64,000 bases of DNA from Candidatus Micrarchaeota archaeon (lineage in GTDB: Archaea > Micrarchaeota > Micrarchaeia > Micrarchaeales > CABMGC01). The stretch lies in contig JAKASU010000001.1 of NCBI GenBank assembly GCA_021818925.1, positions 441,568 to 505,567 of the forward strand. The letters are read 5' to 3'. The position numbers and the translations under genes were made by a program. Under the pieces are notes generated by a model. The model was not told where the DNA came from. It made no database searches and saw nothing but the letters and a program-made list of their open reading frames with translations. Positions 33,562-41,743 of the stretch are shown piece by piece; position 1 is the first letter of the stretch, and the number at the start of each line of letters is the position of its first letter.

Positions 33562-34455
33562 CTATCCTCCCAGCAGCGATTTGAACATAAGGACGAGATG
33601 GCTCTCCTCTCTGAGCCTTCTCAGCGAGTAGTCTATCCATCTTGTTCCAAATGGCACGTATATCGCGACGCTGTTGCCCTGCTCGGCCAGCTCGGCCGCA
33701 TACCCGTTCCTTATGCCATTGAGCATCGCGTATGTGACCTTCCTCCTGTGAGACCTGTTGAGGAGCATCGCCTCTTTTATCAGCGAGCTGTCGTGCGTCG
33801 CTATTGTGAACTCCTTCAGGTGAGAGAACGCATCGTGCATCAGTGATCTGTAGTTTGCTGTTGTATCTTTCCGGGTCACGAAGGCTATCTTGCCGCTCTC
33901 GCTGTACGCGCCCTTTACTATCCTGACAACCGCCTTCCTCTTCGCAAGCCTTTCTAGGTTCTTCCCGCTCCTCCTGAGGTATGCCTGCACCGTTATGCCA
34001 ACGCCCCCTCTCGCCACCTGCCCCTCGTATATCGATATCGCGTCATCGATCGTGTCCTGCGTCTCCGCGTCGAGCCAGACGAAGACTCCTCTCTTCCTCG
34101 CCTCGACGACTATCCTGCTGTAGTTCTTCCTTGCCATCGCTCTGCTGACCCGCAGGCCAAGGGCAGTAAGCTTCAGCGAGACGCTCGCCCGCAGCTTCGC
34201 CTTCTTTATCTCCTTGATCAGGCGAATGTTCGTGGAAACTGCGTCAGCTATGTCGTGCTTGTCCGTAAGGTCCTCGCCTATGTGGTTGATTATGGCGCTC
34301 ATTCCCAGGGCGTTGAGCTGCCTGGTTCTTCTCAGCGCGTCTTCTATCCTCGCCCCGGCTATCCACTTGCCTGCGAATATGCGCTCGGCGACGTTTCCTA
34401 TGCCCACGAAGTTAGTTGGGCATAGAAAGATATGAAGTTTGGGGTAGGAAAGCAT
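33562..34455 (-). CDS. Proline dehydrogenase family protein
   Basis: SLKLTALGL, VWLDAE, ITVQAYLRRS, VRIVKGAY, ATHD, YAMLNGIR and YVPFG...W..Y..RRL pattern. Confidence 0.8.
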   Translation of the reverse strand: MLSYPKLHIFLCPTNFVGIGNVAERIFAGKWIAGARIEDALRRTRQLNALGMSAIINHIGEDLTDKHDIADAVSTNIRLIKEIKKAKLRASVSLKLTALGLRVSRAMARKNYSRIVVEARKRGVFVWLDAETQDTIDDAISIYEGQVARGGVGITVQAYLRRSGKNLERLAKRKAVVRIVKGAYSESGKIAFVTRKDTTANYRSLMHDAFSHLKEFTIATHDSSLIKEAMLLNRSHRRKVTYAMLNGIRNGYAAELAEQGNSVAIYVPFGTRWIDYSLRRLREESHLVLMFKSLLGG

Positions 34456-34520
34456 TGGAAAATGTTTACCAAAAAAGCCATAATCAGAACCAAGTTCGCC
34501 CTTGGGAACTTAGGTTATCT

Positions 34521-35528
34521 TCATTCCCATTTTACTACGACGTAGTTTGTTTTTATGTCTAGGTTCCTAAGCGGAAGCACGCCTTTCAGCACCTTTGTTA
34601 TCCTTGCGTGCTTGATCTCGATCTTATCCTTTTCGTATATTCGCTTGTGCTTGTTCACTGCCCTTTGGAGAGCTTCAACTTTATCGTTGAATATGCCGAG
34701 TATGAAGTTGCCGTAGCTGCCAGTGAGTGGGGCGGACAGCTGAAAGGTATCGAGCAACGGCAGCTCTTTATCAGCGTTGATGAGCACAGCCCTGTCCTGC
34801 ATAGCACGCTCCTCGTAATTAGGGGTTATATAGTTCCAGAACTCGAAAAAGATGAGGATGTATCTCTGTGGCGGCTTCTGCACAGCGATGGTGAATCTTT
34901 TTATTATGCCAGACTTCTTCAGCTTGAAGACTTTGTACCTTACCGTATCTTCGTTAATGTTGAGCTGCCTGCCAAGCTCGCTGTAGCTCGTCCTCGAGTT
35001 CTTGTTGAGCAAACGGAGGAGCTCGCGGTCGCTACTGTCGATCTTCATCTCCTTCCTTATATCATACACAAAGTTGTCGTTCAGTGGGATGTAGCCAAAA
35101 TTCAGGAACGAGATATCAGAGGGCTTCATATTGGGTGTGTATGGTGAGAGCATCTCGGCAAGGTGCGTCTCCCAAACGATGTAATCTATGGGGTTGCTCG
35201 CAGTTGCAATAACTACAAGGTCGAAATCACCTTCCGTAAGGTAGACGTCGTGTACGTACTTCTCCTCTTTGGTGAACAGGTCCTCGAGCACTCCGGGCTG
35301 GGGCTTTTTAGGTAGTTTTATGGCAATCACGTGCCTGTCTAGCGCGCCTAGGGTGTTAAGGTCAATCTCCAAGGTGAACCTTATGTCGAGCTCTTTGCTC
35401 AACGCATCCAGAAGCTTCCCTGCCGTGACACGCGAGCATTTCGCTACCTTCGCGATGCGTGTTACCGAGGCACGGGAGTCGTTACTCAGTTCCCTGAGCA
35501 TCAGCTTCTCGCGTACGCCTAAGTTCAT
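34521..35528 (-). CDS. Tandem Lrp/AsnC-type HTH transcriptional regulator
   Basis: Two HTH_AsnC-like segments (LRELSNDSRASVTRIAKVAKCSRVTAGKLL and LLRLLNKNSRTSYSELGRQLNINEDTVRYKVFKLKKSGII). Confidence 0.75.
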   Translation of the reverse strand: MNLGVREKLMLRELSNDSRASVTRIAKVAKCSRVTAGKLLDALSKELDIRFTLEIDLNTLGALDRHVIAIKLPKKPQPGVLEDLFTKEEKYVHDVYLTEGDFDLVVIATASNPIDYIVWETHLAEMLSPYTPNMKPSDISFLNFGYIPLNDNFVYDIRKEMKIDSSDRELLRLLNKNSRTSYSELGRQLNINEDTVRYKVFKLKKSGIIKRFTIAVQKPPQRYILIFFEFWNYITPNYEERAMQDRAVLINADKELPLLDTFQLSAPLTGSYGNFILGIFNDKVEALQRAVNKHKRIYEKDKIEIKHARITKVLKGVLPLRNLDIKTNYVVVKWE

Positions 35529-35597
35529 ACGCTACTATATCAGCTAAGATATATATGCTTTACACTATACGAAAAAATTGTAAATAAAATTGAGTTT

Positions 35598-36929
35598 ATG
35601 GAAAGTATTAAATCCTTAAGAAAGACATTGCTTATCGGTGTGATGGAAACAAAACGCAAGGGATTCCTTGTGCTGGCCGTCCTCGTTCTCGAGTCGGTCT
35701 TCGTGCCAATAGCACTAGATGTAGGGGGATTGCAGATAGGCGTAGCACCGCTTCTGCTCTACTCGCTCCTGATTGCAACAGGCATAGGAGCGCTTGCCTC
35801 CTACTTTGACGACCATGGCAAGGGCTTTTTTGAGCTCTTCTCCAGAAAGATGTTTTTACCGATGCTAGCCGCAGGGCTGCTCGGATACGCAGCCACAATG
35901 CTGCTGCAGGGACTCGGCACCGTAGGCACTAATCCAAGCGTCAGCGCAGTAGTGTGGAGGAGCTGGGTGATAATGCTAGCTATACTGACTCCTGTGATGC
36001 TGAAACAGCGGGTAACGCGGAAGGAATATTTGGGAATAGGTCTGGGAATGCTGAGCGTATATCTTGTAATGACTGGAGGCACCCTAGTCAGCATAAACAC
36101 TCAGGAACTGCCTTTCATTGCTATGCTTCTCCTCTCGGGGTTCGCCATGACTGTATCTACACTCTTGATGAAGAGGTACAGCGCTAGCACTACAGGTTTC
36201 AACCTGCTCGCCGTGGTTGCCTCTCTTGCCTTCATGGCGTTCTTCGTATTTGTATACCATCTGAACATAGCAGTCAGCTTTTCGAAATCTACAATACTGT
36301 CCATCCTATTGCTAGGCGTCATGGAAACTGGACTCGGCGCGATATTATATTACGAAGCCTTCAAGCGCCTAAATAACGCGTTTGTGGGGGGCTCTATGCT
36401 TTCTGTTCCTTTGCTTACGGTCTTTTTCTCTACGATACTGATAGGCACGTCGCTTGCTACTTACTATATAGTTGCCGCAGGGTTGCTCGCAGTGGCTATG
36501 TTCGTATTGAGGGATCTGCCGTCAAAGGCTCCGCAGCACATAACTTCATCTGACCTGCTTAGGGGGGTGTGGATGTTCGACATAACCAGTGCGTTCGTGG
36601 ACAACAAGTCTGAGGAGATCAACACTTACATACGTGGCGACAACAGGGCACTTGGAATCAAGATCAATGAGAGGAAGGCTCAGTATGACGGTGACATAAG
36701 TTCGTATGAAGGTGAAAACTACATCATTTTCACCGATAAAAATCCACATCCCAAAGTAAGCCGGCAGGAAATTGAGTTCATAAGGGGCATAATGGAGATT
36801 GAGAATGGCGAGACGGCGGTTATCGGCATTGGCAAGACTCCTCAGATAGAATCTGCGTTTGCGAAGATTTACGACGAGAATAACAGGAACTACTTTACGA
36901 AAACCGATAAATTTACCAATAAAATTTAG
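35598..36929 (+). CDS. DMT/EamA-like permease with about 130-aa soluble C-terminal domain
   Basis: About 10 hydrophobic helices followed by a hydrophilic tail. Confidence 0.7.
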   Translation: MESIKSLRKTLLIGVMETKRKGFLVLAVLVLESVFVPIALDVGGLQIGVAPLLLYSLLIATGIGALASYFDDHGKGFFELFSRKMFLPMLAAGLLGYAATMLLQGLGTVGTNPSVSAVVWRSWVIMLAILTPVMLKQRVTRKEYLGIGLGMLSVYLVMTGGTLVSINTQELPFIAMLLLSGFAMTVSTLLMKRYSASTTGFNLLAVVASLAFMAFFVFVYHLNIAVSFSKSTILSILLLGVMETGLGAILYYEAFKRLNNAFVGGSMLSVPLLTVFFSTILIGTSLATYYIVAAGLLAVAMFVLRDLPSKAPQHITSSDLLRGVWMFDITSAFVDNKSEEINTYIRGDNRALGIKINERKAQYDGDISSYEGENYIIFTDKNPHPKVSRQEIEFIRGIMEIENGETAVIGIGKTPQIESAFAKIYDENNRNYFTKTDKFTNKI

Positions 36930-37241
36930 AATACGGAAATAATTATAAAGGAGTAGACGCATATTCTATACTCGTGGGCTTGGGGCCGGTTTAATGATGA
37001 GGTGGGCGATTCTTAATCACATACTCACTCTCCCTACTTTATCCTACCCTACTGCCGGTTCCTGCCCATCATATTGAGTGTTTTTATGAGAGTACCCTTC
37101 GCAAGAGCGTCTCGTGCCGAGGCTGCAAAGGCTGCGGACCAGGACAGGAATGAGCGCGAGAAGCTTGTAAGATGGATAAAGGAGCGGGACAACGTCTGGC
37201 GCGTTGTCTACGCTGAATAGGCTTCTGTTTTTGGTGGGGCA

Positions 37242-37520
37242 ATGGGAAGGGTCGCTAGGAAGAACAATACCGAGACGAAAGGTCAATTCGCATTCTATCT
37301 GATAGAACCGAGAGACAACTCCGACGCGGACAGGTTCGCACGCAAACTCATCGCATCGAAGCATGTGAAAGAGGTTTACGTGACCGAGGGCGCGTGTGGC
37401 TTCATAGTCAAGGCGAAGGTTATGGGCAACGAGCGCAGCAACCCAATACCCACCAGCTTTCTTGGAAACCAGTGTAGAAAGGTAGTTCTTGCGATAAGCA
37501 GCTATTCGTACAGGAAGTAG
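37242..37520 (+). CDS. Small protein, possibly a stand-alone Lrp/AsnC ligand-binding-like domain
   Basis: FAFYLIEPRD...VKEVYVTEGACGFIVKAKV pattern. The overlapping 191-aa minus-strand ORF is judged spurious. Confidence 0.4.
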   Translation: MGRVARKNNTETKGQFAFYLIEPRDNSDADRFARKLIASKHVKEVYVTEGACGFIVKAKVMGNERSNPIPTSFLGNQCRKVVLAISSYSYRK

Positions 37521-37582
37521 CACAGTAAAACTTTCACGAATATATAAATAGACACCAGCGCATTTAGGAGAAGGCCGGGGGG

Positions 37583-38428
37583 ATGCAATTGGATAGAAAC
37601 GGCACAAAACCTGACGCACTGGTACTCTGCGGCGGATATGGGACTCGGCTTGAGCCGATTTCTGAGTTCGTGCCGAAAGCGCTGCTTCCAGTGAGAGGCA
37701 AACCGATCATAAACCATATCATAGGAGACACATATGGTCTGGTGGACAGAATAATAGTGTCTACAAACGTGAAATTCGCAGACCAGTTCGCCTACTGGGT
37801 GAAAAACAAGGAACTGGAGCCCATGCGGGAAAAACTTAGTTTTGTAATAGACCCATCTACAAAAGAAAAGGAGAAGCTAGGCGTGGTGAGAGGTACAGCT
37901 TATGCGATAGAGAAAGCACGGTTGGACAAGGGCATCATCATATTCTCCAGTGACGTATTCCGTGAGTTTAGCATAAAGGCGTTTATCACGCAGTTCAGCG
38001 AGACACCGAAGCCAGCCATATTGCTCAGAGATCTTACAGAATATGGCATACTGGCAGGCTCACACGTCTCATGGGACGCATTTGTCGAACTCAACGCTAA
38101 ATTGGAGGAAGTGAGAAGACGCACACTTACCTGTGGTGTCATTGCATGTCCACCAGGCATCGCATCGAAGATTTCGGACTATTCAAGAGTTGGTGGCAAT
38201 CCTGACTCTCTGAGCGCCTTTGTGAGGTGGTTGGGCAAGGACGGTAATTTAGAGCTAGTAACTTCGACAGGCATAAGCTACGACATAGGCACCATAGAAG
38301 CATATAGGATGTTGGTCAGGGAGAAAAGGGATTCTGATGTGTCTGAAAAGGAGGTGGGAGTAAGTGGACCACAAGAACGTGACGTTGCTTGCCCAGCGGA
38401 CATTGAGGGCGTTACACATGCCAATTGA
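37583..38428 (+). CDS. Sugar-phosphate nucleotidyltransferase family protein
   Basis: N-terminal LVLCGGYGTRLEPISEFVPKALLPVRGKPII signature. Confidence 0.75.
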   Translation: MQLDRNGTKPDALVLCGGYGTRLEPISEFVPKALLPVRGKPIINHIIGDTYGLVDRIIVSTNVKFADQFAYWVKNKELEPMREKLSFVIDPSTKEKEKLGVVRGTAYAIEKARLDKGIIIFSSDVFREFSIKAFITQFSETPKPAILLRDLTEYGILAGSHVSWDAFVELNAKLEEVRRRTLTCGVIACPPGIASKISDYSRVGGNPDSLSAFVRWLGKDGNLELVTSTGISYDIGTIEAYRMLVREKRDSDVSEKEVGVSGPQERDVACPADIEGVTHAN

Positions 38429-40259
38429 GGATAAACTTGCTGACGCTCTGAGCGAATTGAACCTCATTCCATATCTTACAAGCGACAACAAGCAGGATGA
38501 TGGAGAAAAACTAGGAGACGTACTATATAGAAGTCTATCATACGAGCAGGTTCAGAGTGACAACTCTAAATGGTGGATCACGGACAGCATAGACAGCGAC
38601 TTCCAGTATTACATACAATTGATTAACGCGGGTTATCTCGGCGATTTCCTGCGCAGGTTACGCAACCAAAAACTCTCTGTGGAAGACATATACGAATGCA
38701 GAAGCATAATGTTCCGTAGCCTTCTCGGAAAGTACACGCACTCTGGTCTAAGGAGGTACATTAACACGCGCGGTAGGGATATTGCCGTCCACAGAGATGA
38801 GATTGGAAAAAACCTTAATACTCTGGTAGAAATGTTCAACCGCAGAGCAGAAACTGGAGAAGAGGCACTTGTTAATGCCGTGACCTTGCTCATGGATTTT
38901 GCCAAAGTGCACCCTTTTGAAGAGGGTGTCAGCAGACTAAGCCGCACATTTGCCAACACTTACCTCTACATGCACAACATAAGACCGCTGAGAATGAGTG
39001 ATGAGAGGGATAGAACCTACCGCTACCTGACAATACACAGTCTTGGTGACTACCTGGGTGGCTTTGTTGGTGCTGTAGCCTACGCAATCATGTCCAAAGA
39101 AGAGGTTGATGCATTCTGCAACGGATTAGCAGATGTGCGGACAACCAACCTTCACTCTATCGAAATAAAAGACACTATACTCTGGCTTGCGGGCCATAAA
39201 GTGGATTACGTTAAAGACGTTGCATTGTTATCAAAAGCGGGATTTGAATCCAAGGACGCATCATTGGAAAAGGCAGCGCTTTGGCTCAGCTGGCTGACGA
39301 AGACGATAGACCGAAAGCTTATTGAGAAGGCGCTCAATGGAGATGATGACACTGTAAGAGCACTGGCGATAATCGTTGCGGCTGACCTTGACATCGAGAC
39401 ATATGGGAAAAAATTAAAAGAACTGGCAAGGGGAGATACATCCGAAAGCAGGATTGCCGCGCTCATTGTGCTTAACGAGCATGGATTGCTAAGTAAAGAT
39501 TTTGTGGCTGAAGAGCTGCGCAGCGAGAAGGACGAAAGGTTTCTCACGATACTTTGCATGCAACTCAAATACTCACCAAACCAAAAGGAGTTTCTGGACA
39601 TACTTAAGGAGCTGACCGACAGTCAATATGCAGGCGTTAGGGTCGGTGCATATTATGCACTCGCTACTCATTTCTCAGAAACAGAAATGTTGAAGGCGCT
39701 ATGCAAGACTGAAGGTCTGCAAGACGAAGTGAGAAAAGTTATTGTCGAAGAAGCTGTTGCACGTAAGGAAGAGTACGGCGTAGCCGTGGCCCTTTCAGAG
39801 AGCATGCTCAAAGATCAGCTCACACGACGCATAATGCTAGGGGAGCTTACAAAAAAAGCCACCATAAATGCAGCGTATTTAGACTCGCTGGAATGGATAG
39901 CTACATCGGAGTCGTATGAACCGTTAGAGAGAGCCTACGCCGCGTATCTCGTTGGTAGAGAAAAAGGATTCGCCCATCTATCCGAAGCGCTTGGCATGAA
40001 GATCGAGAAAGAAACACCATTCATAATCAGTCTCGCCCTAGCCAGCGTTCATGAGGAAGAAAAGAGAGCAAAGAATCCGTTCAAATCTGAATTGCGAATT
40101 GTGCGAAACTACAGACAGAACCTTGAGTTTGCACTAAAGCTTCATAAGGAAGGCATCGCGATGGAACTTTCGAATCAAAACGATGCATACCGCAATCTGG
40201 AATTCAAGGCAGTTTTTGATTTCGTTTCTGTAAATATGCAGGGAAAGGTGAAGAATTAG
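38364..40259 (+). CDS. Fic/Fido-domain protein with degenerate active-site motif and HEAT-like repeats
   Basis: HPFEEGVSRLSR stands in place of HPFx(D/E)GNGRxxR. The C-terminal half has HEAT-like repeats. GTG 38364 is preceded by AAGGAGGTG and overlaps the upstream gene by 65 nt. Confidence 0.7.
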   Translation: MDHKNVTLLAQRTLRALHMPIEDKLADALSELNLIPYLTSDNKQDDGEKLGDVLYRSLSYEQVQSDNSKWWITDSIDSDFQYYIQLINAGYLGDFLRRLRNQKLSVEDIYECRSIMFRSLLGKYTHSGLRRYINTRGRDIAVHRDEIGKNLNTLVEMFNRRAETGEEALVNAVTLLMDFAKVHPFEEGVSRLSRTFANTYLYMHNIRPLRMSDERDRTYRYLTIHSLGDYLGGFVGAVAYAIMSKEEVDAFCNGLADVRTTNLHSIEIKDTILWLAGHKVDYVKDVALLSKAGFESKDASLEKAALWLSWLTKTIDRKLIEKALNGDDDTVRALAIIVAADLDIETYGKKLKELARGDTSESRIAALIVLNEHGLLSKDFVAEELRSEKDERFLTILCMQLKYSPNQKEFLDILKELTDSQYAGVRVGAYYALATHFSETEMLKALCKTEGLQDEVRKVIVEEAVARKEEYGVAVALSESMLKDQLTRRIMLGELTKKATINAAYLDSLEWIATSESYEPLERAYAAYLVGREKGFAHLSEALGMKIEKETPFIISLALASVHEEEKRAKNPFKSELRIVRNYRQNLEFALKLHKEGIAMELSNQNDAYRNLEFKAVFDFVSVNMQGKVKN

Positions 40260-40314
40260 GACTGCACAGATGGTTATTAACCGTTGCAAGCAAAGGTGTT
40301 AAGGAGGGAGGTAC

Positions 40315-40926
40315 GTGTCAAAGAAGCAACCAAACGTTGATTCAGAAGGGAAACGTTTCCAAGACCCTAGCGAGGCGCCTTCCAAAATACCGAAGAATGC
40401 GGAACTGGCATTCAAAGGCGTAATATGGGACATCTACCACTGGAAGGAGAAGATGTTCGATGGTAGTGAAGAGGTATTCGAGGGGCTTAAGAAGAGAGGC
40501 AGCGTCAAGATAGTAGCCTTAGCGGGGAGCAAAGTCATTATGACCAAAGAGCAACAGCCAGGAAGCGAGATATACTATTCTTTGCTCGGTGGTGCCATGA
40601 ACGATGGCGAACGGCCACTGGACTGCGCAAAGCGCGAGCTGCTAGAGGAAGCAGGAATGGTATCAGATCAGTGGGAGTTGCTACAGATCATCGACGTACT
40701 CAAGTATCCGCGTATAGATTTCTTTACGCATCTCTTTATTGCCAAGGACTGCAGGAAGACCATGAGGCAAAAACTGGACATAGGGGAAAAGATTGAGATA
40801 ATCGAGACGTCATTCGATCAGTTCATTGAGAACATGCATCAATCAAGCGACAGAGCCGGAGGGGCCGGAGCGCTTTTGAATGACAAGGCACAGATTGATG
40901 CGCTTAGGGCCAGACTGGGCATCTGA
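40315..40926 (+). CDS. NUDIX hydrolase
   Basis: Nudix box GGAMNDGERPLDCAKRELLEEAGM. Confidence 0.8.
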   Translation: MSKKQPNVDSEGKRFQDPSEAPSKIPKNAELAFKGVIWDIYHWKEKMFDGSEEVFEGLKKRGSVKIVALAGSKVIMTKEQQPGSEIYYSLLGGAMNDGERPLDCAKRELLEEAGMVSDQWELLQIIDVLKYPRIDFFTHLFIAKDCRKTMRQKLDIGEKIEIIETSFDQFIENMHQSSDRAGGAGALLNDKAQIDALRARLGI

Positions 40927-40947
40927 TCGTTACAGTTTGGGGATAAA

Positions 40948-41514
40948 ATGAGTGAAACTAGTTTGCAAAATGTAATTCTCGTAGACGAGAACGACAGAGA
41001 GATAGGGCTTGAGGAGAAACTTGCTGTGCATCAGAATGGTGGCAAACTGCACCGCGCGATATCTATACTTGTATTCAATGATAGAGGCGATGCATTATTT
41101 CAGCAGAGAGCGATGAGCAAGTATCACGCTTCAGGAAAATGGACCAACACCTGTTGCAGCCATCCGCGATCTGGTGAGGGCATAGAAGACGCAATGCACA
41201 GGCGCCTGAGGGAAGAGCTTGGTTTCGACTGCGAGATGAAGGAAGTGTTCACAATCCTATACCGTGCGAATGTTGGCAATGGAATGACAGAGCACGAGTA
41301 CTGCCATGTCTTCTTCGGTAGATACAATGGTGAGGTGACTCCGAACAAAGATGAGGTGATGGCCTATAAATGGGAGAAACTTGATGCGATAAGGAAAGAG
41401 ATATTGATGCAGCCTGACAAGTTCACCCCGTGGATAAAGATAGGTATAGACAAGGCAATCTTATGTTATAACGCCGAACACAAGCAGGCGATGAAAGACA
41501 AAGTCAGAGCCTGA
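40948..41514 (+). CDS. idi: Isopentenyl-diphosphate delta-isomerase, type 1
   Basis: LHRAISILVFN, TNTCCSHP, RRLREELG and EHEYCHVFFG motifs typical of IDI-1. Confidence 0.85.
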   Translation: MSETSLQNVILVDENDREIGLEEKLAVHQNGGKLHRAISILVFNDRGDALFQQRAMSKYHASGKWTNTCCSHPRSGEGIEDAMHRRLREELGFDCEMKEVFTILYRANVGNGMTEHEYCHVFFGRYNGEVTPNKDEVMAYKWEKLDAIRKEILMQPDKFTPWIKIGIDKAILCYNAEHKQAMKDKVRA

Positions 41515-41743
41515 TGTGATTAGGATCGTACTCCAATACTGGCACGTGTGCTTGGCGGTCCGTGTAGGCGGGTCGGCCTAGCGATAAGCAGATACTCTTA
41601 CGTGAAATAGCCTGGTTTGGCCCCATTCCGCACACTTTAAAAAGCGGGTCCTGCTGGCGAATAGCGGAAGTGTGCCACTCTTTCTAGCACTGTTTATATT
41701 ACTTTAAAGGAAATAATTTTCTGTTACTAAGGAGGGGGGTTGA

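Noticed and set aside
37044-37619. A 191-aa minus-strand ORF spanning the 37.0-37.6 kb region.
   Set aside because: It overlaps the plus-strand 92-aa ORF and the start of the nucleotidyltransferase. Its sequence is Cys/Arg/Pro-rich without motifs. It was judged spurious.
41515-41743. The 229-nt region upstream of mcm was examined for a replication origin (ORB repeats) or an ncRNA.
   Set aside because: Only one weak 8/10 inverted match (CCGCACACTT / AAGTGTGCC) was found. There are no repeated ORB-like elements, no A/T-rich unwinding stretch beyond the promoter box, and no adjacent orc1/cdc6.
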